In this document: positions 44,901-53,409 of the stretch, piece after piece
Position numbering within the stretch: position 1 is the stretch's first letter
Layout: each line of letters begins with the position of its first letter
IMG/VR virus record: IMGVR_UViG_3300020183_000039
Span: 1 to 64,000 of that record
DNA: 64,000 bases
Strand: one strand, 5' to 3'
Source: a virus
Program-made: the position numbers and the translations under genes
The notes under the pieces: generated by a model
What the model was told of the DNA's origin: nothing
Database searches by the model: none
The model's input: only the letters and a program-made list of their open reading frames with translations

Positions 44901-45871
44901 ACGTTGAACGGACCGCAGTCCACCAGAGCCATCCACTTGTGGTTCTGATCGGAGCAAACCTCTTCCATCGTCTGGCCGAGGTTCACGCGGCTTGACTTAC
45001 CGAACTTGCGGAAAGCCGGAGGAGCGATCATGTAGCCCTGGGGCAGGCGAGGCTCTTCGAAAGCGGTGCGAACGCACTGGATGTAGTCGAAGACAGTCTC
45101 GTCGCTCTCGGTGACGTTGGCGATTGCGTAGCCAGCGGCAGCAAGGATGTACAGGGAACCAACGATCTCGTTGGAGTTCACCACCTCGACAGGTGCGTTG
45201 AACACGCGGCCGGTCAGGTAGAGGTATGCGCACTCATCGCAACCAGCGGTACCAACACCTTCCTGGCGGACGTACACGCCAGCGGTGATGTCGCTATTAG
45301 CGTTGATCGCGTCGGACACCGCATCGCGGATGGCCTCAGAGATCTTGACGTTGTTCGTCAGGTCACCGGACACGTAGTCCACGGGGATCTCGACGGGAAC
45401 ACCCAGCCACACGCCGGAAGAGTTCTTCACGCCGAGAGGGATGCCGTTGATCTCCAGCTTGATGTAGACGCGATCGCCTGTCTGGAGAGGGCTAGGAGCG
45501 GTGACGCCGTTGTCCTTGTTGGCCGACGGATCGAAGGCCACCTGGACGATATTGGAGGGAGTACCAACGCGCACAACGCGGAGGTCGCCCACAGTGCACT
45601 GCTGGAAGAAGGCCTTCACAGCATAGTACGAGTCGAGTTCGGCACGGCCTTCGGAAGGCGCGCCACCGATCAGGTTCTCATACTCGTTCAGGCTGCCCAC
45701 AAAGATGGGGCGGTTGAACGGGAAGACGGCCACGGAAGCGGATTGAGGGGCCTCAACCAGCATGTAGACCGTGTTGAAGCTAGCTACCGAGGCGCGAGAA
45801 GCAATCGCGGACTCGTAGATGAAAGTACCCGGAGCACCGCCACGGGCGCCACCAAGCGAGATAGTAGCCAT
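41954..45871 (-). CDS. Tail sheath protein with inserted repeat domains
   Basis: N-terminal APGTFIYE; C-terminal YYAPYI, PPAGAKY, VWGSRT, FVNTRVI, CDERNN, VPTLERI. Confidence 0.9.
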   Translation of the reverse strand: MATISLGGARGGAPGTFIYESAIASRASVASFNTVYMLVEAPQSASVAVFPFNRPIFVGSLNEYENLIGGAPSEGRAELDSYYAVKAFFQQCTVGDLRVVRVGTPSNIVQVAFDPSANKDNGVTAPSPLQTGDRVYIKLEINGIPLGVKNSSGVWLGVPVEIPVDYVSGDLTNNVKISEAIRDAVSDAINANSDITAGVYVRQEGVGTAGCDECAYLYLTGRVFNAPVEVVNSNEIVGSLYILAAAGYAIANVTESDETVFDYIQCVRTAFEEPRLPQGYMIAPPAFRKFGKSSRVNLGQTMEEVCSDQNHKWMALVDCGPFNVTDIVIYRDFTPANPSNGFEPGELYLVDNVIYEWTDTTPLLFTSANYDATNAANSANVALNDGERLAMKDDQRIRVDVGLNTATDVMTLAEEWPVDALPSGTIVSVELFENDPLPTAPLYSDTATGITNEPLLGSFYVIASDIDNTLAPNQIRLATSTSRASINEAVNFTTAGTPQGGGMLVLYYSTPAWEFNVEIKGKISSLLEANGGVNTVSFNTLHLPGTLQKPTTQHDYKGLVRQLSDPSLAILSGGLTLKYFNASDVNTGTDEITVIGHGYSTGDAINYYLLPSDGAASPTNLTSGTQYFVIRIDDNTIQLATSLANANSGTNISIPGAGTDSATVLNPQGAPAQSILTTGRDCMVFSSEHPVVTADKLYFDGSIVTATETIFRGTTPTSTTVYFAQKVDRNFFRLARSASDLASNAFADFPTSAIITTAARRFYKKLSTAVDGGQFSDSGVLRYIRGRKYQLDVTLAVAGVRDEANVAIQNGVNDPYGVAYTADISTDLRLSYGSAPVGVPVWQVAAADVDVVTNEVTIASHGYLTGDEVSVNTATNATLAGGLEDTGIYFVIVVDPNTIQFAETAADAVAGTEIDIISAGVNNAGGVEFLVTSISNPYTWQYTEDDFARPLNPAQDFAGENNFYCVPLSYGDQANTSATGVYAHPVLQIGQGYTTLYGGYVDIEFLEPEVDVPNNLWNFDAITAGDLVNEALRGVNNGGTPQMRVIEAGINNHARLLNEATSYSTTQGFLAYYAPYIKNDVGLFIQPSSFVTGLAIRRYRDSAAGFRLPPAGAKYNLAGARGCEIAITNAQQEISNPQGLNALRQLPGYSTVDADTGEVFGPVFVWGSRTRVNRGNSEQALYQFVNTRVILNVIYGTLRQAFDGQIFSVIDGRAVTFNQIRAIADNTLYEFFYVPGALFGATPSEAYQVVCDERNNLGGALENGYVNVKVFVVPVPTLERIEVDLVRVGIGGIPAALEASGISAT

Positions 45872-45949
45872 TTAGAGTTTAACTCCTTCTTTGATGTTGA
45901 TGGGACTAGCAGCTTCGGACAATCTGCTCGTGGTCCCCGTAGGGGCCCA

Positions 45950-46381
45950 TCAACCACGTTGTGAGTCGGAACTTGCCTGAGGCGAGTCCAGACTGAACCC
46001 GTTGAACCGGTTCTTTTCTAGAAGAGCACCGGCGTTGTACCTCGAAAGCCTCTGAGTAAAGGCATCCAGGGTCTCCCACGGGAAGATAGCGCTTGCAATG
46101 TCCTGGATTTCCGGGTTCGGGTTAGCTCCATTCAGGTTGAGAGCAGTACTCAACTGATTGAGAGTGCCCGGAGTACCGGTAGAAGCGCTCGATGGTGTCT
46201 TACCCAGAACCCCGTCGGGCCCGGACACGAAGATAGCGACACCTTGTGCGGGCGTCGTTCGAATATCATAGCTCTCGTTGAGCTCAAGCAGAGTGCGAAA
46301 CTCCCGAGAGTCTCCGTAGTAAGCGTAACCGAGCTTGTTCCAGCTGTCGCCAGTTTTCCAAACTCTTGTCTTTCCGGCCAT
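45950..46381 (-). CDS. Tail X/LysM-like baseplate protein
   Basis: KTGDSWNKLGYAYYGDSREFRTLLELN. Confidence 0.65.
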   Translation of the reverse strand: MAGKTRVWKTGDSWNKLGYAYYGDSREFRTLLELNESYDIRTTPAQGVAIFVSGPDGVLGKTPSSASTGTPGTLNQLSTALNLNGANPNPEIQDIASAIFPWETLDAFTQRLSRYNAGALLEKNRFNGFSLDSPQASSDSQRG

Positions 46382-46803
46382 TAGAACCTCTGAATCAATC
46401 CCCGGTTGATGGCCTTAGCAGCGGCCTCAGTTATCCTCGGCATAGACATCATCGGGACTCCGAGCCATGGCCTAGCGGGCATCTTAGAAGTTCCGAACAT
46501 GTGGTAGCGACCGTAGTTCGCGCCCATTGTCGCGTTGAAGAGCCCAGGTGCCCCGGCCGGGCGGATACGAGTGTTGTCTTGCATCCGTCCGGTGAGACGA
46601 AGGATCGGCATGCCAGGAGCGCGCCTGGACTTCCACTGCGCGTAGTTAGGTGACAGAGGAGACCACTTCGTACCCTCCTGCGGATCTTGCTCTTGGGTCC
46701 AAGCAAGACGGTTGTCCTGGAGAAGAATCTGCGCCATCTCGTTCTTGGAGTTGGCCCACCAGTTCTCGTTGAAAGTAGAGAATGAACCTCGGAACGAGAT
46801 CAT
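46381..46803 (-). CDS. Virion morphogenesis/tail completion protein (Mu gpG-like)
   Basis: DPQEGTKWSPLSPNY...ILRLTGRM...YGRYHMFGTSKMPARPWLG. Confidence 0.85.
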   Translation of the reverse strand: MISFRGSFSTFNENWWANSKNEMAQILLQDNRLAWTQEQDPQEGTKWSPLSPNYAQWKSRRAPGMPILRLTGRMQDNTRIRPAGAPGLFNATMGANYGRYHMFGTSKMPARPWLGVPMMSMPRITEAAAKAINRGLIQRF

Positions 46804-47254
46804 TTCTTTCTCCGCGCTGCGCGCTTATTCTCCTCGTTCTGCTTTTCTACGAAGTCCGAAAGGATCTTCGCCATGAGGAGGATCTTGGATACCGGTTGTT
46901 CTTCCAACCAGTCGATCGAAGCATCCCATCGTTGTTTGCAGAAGTGAAAAGCCATCTCGAGCCACTGCTCGACTTTCATGACTTTCTCTTCCAAGATGTT
47001 CGGCCCCAACCAACTGGCTAGAGGCTCGACGTATCTAGACGGTATCTTCTCTAGGTCGCTCTCGGTCAGGCCACTAAGCCTCATGATGATGAGGATCACG
47101 AGGTGGTTAGTGGTTATGTCCGGGAAGTCGTTTTCTACGAGGCTGAAGAAGTAGAAGTCCTTCGGAGTCAGCTCTCTGAGGGTGATCGTCGTGCCATTCG
47201 CGAAGGTGATCTCGTAGGTGAAATCCTCTCGCGGGACGACGGTCAGTCGTTTGG
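46800..47254 (-). CDS. -1 frameshift extension of the tail assembly chaperone (GT-like)
   Basis: The frame of 46800..47099 stays open back to the slippery site at 47249-47255: KRLTVVPREDFTYEITFANGTTITLRELTPKDF... Confidence 0.7.
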
Positions 47255-47602
47255 GTCCTCGTTCTCGTCAGTGCCGCCGGCTTTGGCAAGCAGGTCGGTC
47301 ACCTTGCGGAGATCACGCATCTTGAGCTTCTGCAGCTCGTCGAAGGTGATCTTGCCGCTGCCGGTAGAGAGCCGTGCAGCAAGCTTCAGAGAGCGCTCCA
47401 TGTCGCCAGCGCTATTGAGCTTCTCTACGAAGAGCAGATCGCTAGCGGTCATCTCGCGAAGGACAACGTCGCGGCCATCCGAAAGAGTGGCGTAGAACGT
47501 GTTGTCGGCCGCTTGGTAGGAAGATTGGACTTCCATCCCTTGAGCCAATTCTTCTGGAGATTTCCGCATCACGCGGACGCCGGGCTTCGAAGTTTCTTCC
47601 AT
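47243..47602 (-). CDS. Tail assembly chaperone (G-like)
   Basis: LSDGRDVVLREMTASDL...ITFDELQKLKMRDL; ends on a C CCA AAC slippery site. Confidence 0.75.
   Translation of the reverse strand: MEETSKPGVRVMRKSPEELAQGMEVQSSYQAADNTFYATLSDGRDVVLREMTASDLLFVEKLNSAGDMERSLKLAARLSTGSGKITFDELQKLKMRDLRKVTDLLAKAGGTDENEDPND
47249..47255 (-). other. Programmed -1 ribosomal frameshift heptamer C CCA AAC
   Basis: X XXY YYZ pattern in frame, one codon before the TGA of 47243..47602. Confidence 0.7.
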
Positions 47603-47640
47603 GATTGTTTTGAGGTTGCTTCTCGTAGTAACTTTTTACC

Positions 47641-48531
47641 CTAGTTCACACTGACCTTGATGGCCGGGTGCGGGTTGTAATCGTGGAGCTCAAGATCATC
47701 AATCGTGAGACTTTTCGGGTTCAGCCGTTTCAACCACTCAGCGGACAAGGCCATGTTGCACTCGTCGCGATGCGGGAGCAAGATCATGTCCCTGACGGTA
47801 TCATAGCAGTTCTTGTAGATGTGCGAATTGGCACTTGGCATGTAGACATACCGAGCGGTCTTACCAGTGGCTGCCGCTACGACCTTCAGGATGATCGAGT
47901 AGCGCGCGATATCGAGCGGGAAGCCCACGACCATGTCGTTGGACCGAGCGGGAACCATGACGTCGAGCCAGTTGTCCTTGGCGGGACTGAACTGCATCGC
48001 GATGTGGCACGGAGGGCATGCGGGATTGACAGCTGTCGGGTTGTGCGTGATAATCGTAGCCTGCCTGGAGTTCGGGCTTTCGATAAGCCGAACGATCACG
48101 TCGAGAAACTGGTCGACAGAACGGTCGGTGACGAGAGTCTCGTTGGGCATCTCCATTCCAGGAGCAGACGGCGGCCACTGTCGCCACTGGCGGCAATACG
48201 CGGACGCGCCGAGTTCTCCGTTCTCGTCGGCAAGGAAGTCCCAGAAGTGCTTGGCGGGACCGAGAGCCTCGACATTGGTGCTGAACCCAATGTCGAACAG
48301 GAACTCGCGGCAGATGTTCTTCCAGGGAAGCTTCCGAAGGCGGGTGAGAGGGAAACCGACTCGCAAGTCGGCCCGAACAGAACAGCCGAAAGCGGAACGG
48401 GTCTCCCCGTTGCGGCCCTCAAAAATATCCCCATGATCCAGAAGCAGTTCCAGGTACTGCGAGTAGATCGAATCCCAATTGGACGAAAGAAGGGCTCGGT
48501 CTTCGAAGTTCAGAACGTGACCGCGGGTCAT
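47641..48531 (-). CDS. Thymidylate-synthase-family enzyme, predicted dCMP (hydroxy)methyltransferase
   Basis: PPCH catalytic motif, RSND, HIY; RSNDMVVGFPLDIARY has Asp where ThyA has Asn (PFNIA). Confidence 0.8.
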   Translation of the reverse strand: MTRGHVLNFEDRALLSSNWDSIYSQYLELLLDHGDIFEGRNGETRSAFGCSVRADLRVGFPLTRLRKLPWKNICREFLFDIGFSTNVEALGPAKHFWDFLADENGELGASAYCRQWRQWPPSAPGMEMPNETLVTDRSVDQFLDVIVRLIESPNSRQATIITHNPTAVNPACPPCHIAMQFSPAKDNWLDVMVPARSNDMVVGFPLDIARYSIILKVVAAATGKTARYVYMPSANSHIYKNCYDTVRDMILLPHRDECNMALSAEWLKRLNPKSLTIDDLELHDYNPHPAIKVSVN

Positions 48532-48773
48532 ACTCCTCCGTAGATTTTCTTGTTGGTTTTCTCGTAGAGTTCTTCGAACTCAGGGCTATTGTAGCCCTGC
48601 GGCATCTGCACGTAGATCTGAGCGGCTGATCTCAGACTCTCGGCGGCTTGAGACCTGTGGCCCATGTCCCACCGATCGTTGGCGTCATGGAGCCAATCCA
48701 TAGCGTACGCTAGCATAGCGTCCGGGTCTCTCATCATTGGGAACGGCATGTGCGTTTGAGAGCTTGAAGGCAA
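48528..48773 (-). CDS. Hypothetical protein
   Basis: Short helical ORF coupled between the kinase and the TS homologue. Confidence 0.55.
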   Translation of the reverse strand: MPSSSQTHMPFPMMRDPDAMLAYAMDWLHDANDRWDMGHRSQAAESLRSAAQIYVQMPQGYNSPEFEELYEKTNKKIYGGV

Positions 48774-49309
48774 AGAGCCAGTGCGGCTCGAGCGTTTGTC
48801 TGCTTATCGTGAAGCTGTACGTTGGGGAACATCGTGATGTTCTCGTAGAAGTTCAGCAGTTGCTGGGTGTACAGCTCGTGCTCCTGCATCCGCGCGATGT
48901 ACTCGTCGCGGATGAACCAGGGAGAAGCGTCTGGGAAGAGCTCTCGAAGTTCTTGCACATGGAGAGGAGCCGACCAGTGCCAGGGGCGGAGAACCGCGAG
49001 GTGAACCACGTTCTCGACCTGATCCGCTAGCTCGATCTCGAAGTCGATAACGTCTTCAAAGTGGCCAGCGTTGTGCCGGCGATGCTGCTCTAAAATGTAG
49101 CTGCAGGGATAGGCCCGATCGAAGATCGCGTGGGTCTCTCGAAGGCCCCACTTGGCGATGTCTTCGCGGTAGAAATCGAAGATGTTTTTCTGGTTGCTCG
49201 GCGGCGGGCCGTGGTGTGCCACGTAGCAATCGCCATCGAGTTCCTTCATCATGGCATCGATCAGAGTAGACTTGCCGACGCGGTCCGGGCCAGAGACGAT
49301 GATGAGCAT
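48734..49309 (-). CDS. Deoxynucleoside monophosphate kinase-like P-loop protein
   Basis: IIVSGPDRVGKST, HHGPP, IFDR; probable start MLIIVSG at 49309. Confidence 0.75.
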   Translation of the reverse strand: MLIIVSGPDRVGKSTLIDAMMKELDGDCYVAHHGPPPSNQKNIFDFYREDIAKWGLRETHAIFDRAYPCSYILEQHRRHNAGHFEDVIDFEIELADQVENVVHLAVLRPWHWSAPLHVQELRELFPDASPWFIRDEYIARMQEHELYTQQLLNFYENITMFPNVQLHDKQTNARAALALCLQALKRTCRSQ

Positions 49310-49330
49310 GTTGGGATTCTTCACGGTTCC

Positions 49331-49358
49331 ATTATAGCGGTCGGTTGGCATGGTAGTC
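49331..49358 (-). promoter_or_regulatory. Early-type promoter before the dNMP kinase/TS operon
   Basis: GACTAC-N16-TATAAT. Confidence 0.5.
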
Positions 49359-49535
49359 CTATCTGGATGTGACGAAAGCCCAGACGGAGTCCTCGTCGTA
49401 GTACTCCAGATTTAGTACCACGTCCACGGAGCTGAGCATGCGCCGCTCCTTGTGGTCAAAAAAGTTGATCGTTGCGTAAGGCCTGCTCCTCGACAGGAGA
49501 TCGAGATTGTAGAACTGGGCTTTCTTTTTGCTCAT
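49359..49535 (-). CDS. Hypothetical protein (58 aa, not in the ORF track)
   Basis: Hand-translated MSKKKAQFYNLDLLSRSRPYATINFFDHKERR...; GAGG upstream. Confidence 0.45.
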   Translation of the reverse strand: MSKKKAQFYNLDLLSRSRPYATINFFDHKERRMLSSVDVVLNLEYYDEDSVWAFVTSR

Positions 49536-49564
49536 CGGTGGTGTCCTCGGAGGTCAAGGGTGAG

Positions 49565-49708
49565 TTAGATAAGGTGGGACGGGGTACATCGTACTTTGTC
49601 CAGAAGTAGTCGTTTCATCGGGTCCTGGTCAATCTCCGCAAGATTGCAGGCCTGAACCAGGTTGCATCGTCCTCGGTACAGGGCATCGAGGGCTCGTTCT
49701 AATTTCAT
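49565..49708 (-). CDS. Small hypothetical protein, possibly HTH
   Basis: MKLERALDALYRGRCNLVQACNLAEI, coupled to the polymerase stop. Confidence 0.45.
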   Translation of the reverse strand: MKLERALDALYRGRCNLVQACNLAEIDQDPMKRLLLDKVRCTPSHLI

Positions 49709-52605
49709 CAAAGCAGTCCTCGCTGCACCATAGAGTACCTTGTCTCGAGCTTCTTCACCCAGCCGAGCTCGGCCATCTGCTTCATCGAGAACTCCTCGCC
49801 ATCTGGCTCGTCGTCCCACTGGGACGGGGTCTTGGTGCTCTCGTGGACAGACTTGCGGAGCCGGTCGTCGATCGCCACGGAGGAGAAGAACGCTCGGCTC
49901 AGGGGCACGTCGCACATGCCGACGCCCGCTTGGAACCTCGCCCACGAGTACAGGTGGGCCATCTGGAACGCCACCGAGAAAGCTTCAGCCTGCTTCTCGG
50001 GGACCATGAACCACGTCTCGTCGTGGATCGACAGGATGAACTGCGCGGAGATCTTGAACCGACGAGCCAGCCAGTGGGACGCCGTCAGGATCACAGCGAG
50101 CATCTCGGCGCCGGAGGACTGGATGGTCCAGTTGATGCGGCCGGTGTGGAAGTCGTCGCCAACAGCCGCTGGGCGAAGCGCTGTGGAGATCTTCGTTCCG
50201 AGACAGGGGAGCTGCGGCACCTTAGTTCGAAGTGCGATGCCCTCCATGTAGTTGTAGCAGCCGCTGTCGCTGCCGCCCTCGTAGTAGCCATCCGGGCTCT
50301 TCTGGCCCTTCTTGAAGGCCAAAGCTCGGTTACCATACTGGCGAAGCTCGTTTGTGCCGCGGTCCTTGAACTTTTTCTGGATCGTCCCGGCGATGGTCCG
50401 GACCCCTGCGCCATAGAGCATAGCGAAACCGACACCCTTGGCCGTGTCGCGGTCGATGTTGATCGCCTTAGCGAGCTTGGTGTGAGCATCGGTGCCCTTC
50501 TCTTTTGAGCCGGAAAGCACCGTGTGCGCCATCGGAGATGCCCCGATGAACCCGCCCTCCCAAGCGTCCGCATAGATGCTGGCGATCTGAAGCTCCTGGC
50601 CGTCGAAGTCAGCCCCGACGATTTTCCAGCCCGGCGGACATTGGATCCTGGACTTCAGCTCGGTGCCGATGCGATGGGACTTCGTGGAGCACATGGTGAC
50701 CATCAACGACTCGACAGTTCGCCGAGTCACGGTCCCATGAGCGATGATCTCGGGCATCATCATGTTCCAGTGGTTGCCATACGGGTTGTCAACCTCCAGG
50801 AAGATGCGGTCCATGACACGCTTGCGCACAGACGTCCAGTAAGAGGCGGCATTCGCGATCTCCAGAGCGCGCTTAGCGTCTGGCAATTCGCTGCTAAGCC
50901 GCCCTACTTCCATGTCCATGGTAAAGTCTTTCGACAGCAGTTGGCCCACGTTATTGCCATTGCCCTTGGGATGAGGGATCCGCTGGACCTTGCCGTCCTC
51001 GTCTGTGAAGCACCAGCCAAGCTCTTTGGTGTTGATCACCGGGCTGCCCTCCCACTTGAGCTTGAGGAGCAGATTGGAAAGCTTTGACTTAGTGGTGATT
51101 CTCTCGTCAGGGCTAGTGAGAAGCTCGGAGGCCCACTTCGGCTTGAATGCGTACTTGCCGGTGTAACCACGAGGAGTCCAGCTGAGCTGTGAGAGCCACG
51201 GGTCAGCGGCTACCCAGGCGTCGGAGTTGTGCCTCCAGGCATGACCCTGCTTATCGAAGCCACGAAGAACGTCAGTGAACTTCACGGTCTTCTTGCCGCC
51301 AAGGCCAGCCAGAGCGATAGCGGTCTCAGGGTCCGTATCGAAGAGCTTCTGCGCCTCGAGAAGATCCTTATCAAACTCCTTGTTCCACTCGGCGACGTAC
51401 CGCTCGACCAGCTTGTGGCAGATGTCGGTCATCTCGCGGTTGTGGTTCTCGAAGACCTTCTCGACCTGCGCGATCCACTTGGTCCAGTCGGTCGAGACAG
51501 GAATGCGCGAGCCATTGAGGAAGTAGTGGCCGGCAAGCCCGACCTTCGAGGGAGTAGCGTCGAGGTACTTCGGCCAGAGAGCTTGGAACAACTCGGTGGT
51601 GTAGAACGCGTCTTTCATCGCGTAGTCGAGTAGGTCGCGCCGCTGAGCCAACTGGTGGATCTCCGTCGCCTTCACGAAGACGTCTCGGATCTCTTTGTCG
51701 GCGTCCCGCATGCGGTGGACCTCCTTGCCGAAATACTCTCGAACCGCCGCAACGTGGAAGTTGTAGACGTTGACCAGAGCGTTGGTCGAGCCTTCGTCGG
51801 CCCAGCGCGGGCGGAAGCGGAGCTTCTTCTTCTCCTCTTCGGTCAGATCCTCTGGGTCCTTGCCCGAGAGCACGTAGAGCCAGCGTTGCCCTGATGCCAG
51901 GCCAGACACGGCGATGTGCGCCGAGAGCGTGTCGAAGTAGAAGTTCTCGGGCTCAGTTCGCTCCAGAGTGTAGCCATCGCGAGCGCGCACTCGGTCGTAG
52001 GAGATGTTGTGGCCGACCACGAAGTTGTCGTCACCGAGCGGGATGAGCCCGTACTGAGTCCACTTGTCATGCGGAATGAGCGGATCGCACATCTCAGCGG
52101 CCAGCCAGACATACGCTGCTTCAGACGAAAGGCAGGTGCCGATGACCGGAAAGGCTCCGTTGACCACGAAGGTCTCGGTATCGTACGTGAAGGCGCTCTC
52201 AAGCGGGTGAGGCACCGACTCAGTCACCCAGTTGTTGCCCTGCTTGGTGTAGCGGGTCCAGCCAGGTTGGAACACGAAGTCGTCGTAGCTTGGAACAGCT
52301 GGAAGACTGGCTTGAGAGAACTCATTCGCTAGCTCGATGTAGCGATCAACAAATTCCCCGGCCATGAGTTCGAAGTGCCCTTCGATGCCATCGCCCTGCA
52401 GTTCCGGAAAGGGCAGGTCTCCGTCGTAGAGATTGTCCGGGTAGTCTACCGGGACAGGGATCTCGAACCTACTAAGAAGCCGCCTCGACCGTTCGAGCGT
52501 GGAGCTCTTGGGCGCGGGGCGGCTTGCGGAACCGAAGAGCTTTTTGTGGAGGTCACCCTCGAGTACAGGATAGCCTTGCTCGTTCAGCTTCATAGACGTT
52601 GCCAT
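49708..52605 (-). CDS. Family A DNA polymerase, mitochondrial Pol-gamma-like
   Basis: Exo motifs YDTET, VVGHNISYDR, DTLSAH; GTVTRR, VGADFDGQEL, GTDAH, YGAG, RINWTIQSSG, SIHDE, AFFSSVAIDDRLRK. Confidence 0.93.
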   Translation of the reverse strand: MATSMKLNEQGYPVLEGDLHKKLFGSASRPAPKSSTLERSRRLLSRFEIPVPVDYPDNLYDGDLPFPELQGDGIEGHFELMAGEFVDRYIELANEFSQASLPAVPSYDDFVFQPGWTRYTKQGNNWVTESVPHPLESAFTYDTETFVVNGAFPVIGTCLSSEAAYVWLAAEMCDPLIPHDKWTQYGLIPLGDDNFVVGHNISYDRVRARDGYTLERTEPENFYFDTLSAHIAVSGLASGQRWLYVLSGKDPEDLTEEEKKKLRFRPRWADEGSTNALVNVYNFHVAAVREYFGKEVHRMRDADKEIRDVFVKATEIHQLAQRRDLLDYAMKDAFYTTELFQALWPKYLDATPSKVGLAGHYFLNGSRIPVSTDWTKWIAQVEKVFENHNREMTDICHKLVERYVAEWNKEFDKDLLEAQKLFDTDPETAIALAGLGGKKTVKFTDVLRGFDKQGHAWRHNSDAWVAADPWLSQLSWTPRGYTGKYAFKPKWASELLTSPDERITTKSKLSNLLLKLKWEGSPVINTKELGWCFTDEDGKVQRIPHPKGNGNNVGQLLSKDFTMDMEVGRLSSELPDAKRALEIANAASYWTSVRKRVMDRIFLEVDNPYGNHWNMMMPEIIAHGTVTRRTVESLMVTMCSTKSHRIGTELKSRIQCPPGWKIVGADFDGQELQIASIYADAWEGGFIGASPMAHTVLSGSKEKGTDAHTKLAKAINIDRDTAKGVGFAMLYGAGVRTIAGTIQKKFKDRGTNELRQYGNRALAFKKGQKSPDGYYEGGSDSGCYNYMEGIALRTKVPQLPCLGTKISTALRPAAVGDDFHTGRINWTIQSSGAEMLAVILTASHWLARRFKISAQFILSIHDETWFMVPEKQAEAFSVAFQMAHLYSWARFQAGVGMCDVPLSRAFFSSVAIDDRLRKSVHESTKTPSQWDDEPDGEEFSMKQMAELGWVKKLETRYSMVQRGLL

Positions 52606-52627
52606 CTGATAGGTTGTGTTTGCCTTG

Positions 52628-52655
52628 ATTATAGCCTCGACGGTCAGTTGTAAAC
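52628..52655 (-). promoter_or_regulatory. Early promoter of the DNA polymerase
   Basis: GTTTAC-N16-TATAAT. Confidence 0.7.
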
Positions 52656-52820
52656 CGTGAGGAGCCCGTAGGACCCTTTGCCCTCGCGGAGCTCTTCCGC
52701 GATCTCGAAAGCCTGCTCAAGAAGAATCTCGCCTTCGATCTCCATCGAATTAGCAAAAAGCTCGTCGGCACGGCTCACAAGGTAGTGAATGCGGTCGACG
52801 GCTGAGTCGCGGTAGTCCAT
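52644..52820 (-). CDS. Hypothetical protein (58 aa, not in the ORF track)
   Basis: Hand-translated MDYRDSAVDRIHYLVSRADELFANSMEIEGE... Confidence 0.45.
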   Translation of the reverse strand: MDYRDSAVDRIHYLVSRADELFANSMEIEGEILLEQAFEIAEELREGKGSYGLLTVYN

Positions 52821-52859
52821 GGAAGGGGTCCTGTCTGAGGTATTATGCCTCGAGGAGAG

Positions 52860-53060
52860 CTAGTGAATACTTCGGCTCTTCTCAAAGATTCCTCGGCAGA
52901 TGTCGATGTCTCTCATCGCTTGCTCGAGAGACTCTGCATTGCCGGCGAAGATTTCGTCCACCGCAGCACCGCAATTGAGGACCCAGCGGTACTGGGAGAC
53001 ATGCTCACTGAACCAGATCTGGCAAATCGGATGGCTCACGGCGTCGTCCTTTAAGCGCAT
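52860..53060 (-). CDS. Hypothetical protein
   Basis: 66-aa ORF in the minus-strand gene run. Confidence 0.45.
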   Translation of the reverse strand: MRLKDDAVSHPICQIWFSEHVSQYRWVLNCGAAVDEIFAGNAESLEQAMRDIDICRGIFEKSRSIH

Positions 53061-53409
53061 TTCCGGAGTCGCGTCTCCAGTTGTAGCCAGATGACAGGTT
53101 GACCTTGTCTTCAGGTGGGATGTCCCAGAGGGTTTTACCTATGTCGCCATCGAACAACCCGATATCAAAGTTGTCGTCAAGCTCTTCGAGGAACTCTCGA
53201 CGCTCGTTCCACTTCCGGTGTAATCGAAGCCTCCACTTCATGTACTCGTCTCTGGCTCGTCGACTCTTAGTCGCTTTCCACTGAGAGTACCAGTTCTCGA
53301 GCGCGCTCACGATGCCGATTCCGGCTTTCATCTTGAGCTGCCCCAGTTTCTTCTGGTTGGAGTTGGTCTCTTCAGCCCACTCCTCGAGTCCCCGGATGTT
53401 GCTAGTCAA
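53005..53409 (-). CDS. Hypothetical protein
   Basis: W-rich helical ORF overlapping the upstream stop. Confidence 0.5.
   Translation of the reverse strand: MTSNIRGLEEWAEETNSNQKKLGQLKMKAGIGIVSALENWYSQWKATKSRRARDEYMKWRLRLHRKWNERREFLEELDDNFDIGLFDGDIGKTLWDIPPEDKVNLSSGYNWRRDSGNALKGRRREPSDLPDLVQ

Noticed and set aside
47641-48531. Labelling the gene thyA
   Set aside because: The specificity residue is Asp rather than Asn, so the symbol was withheld.
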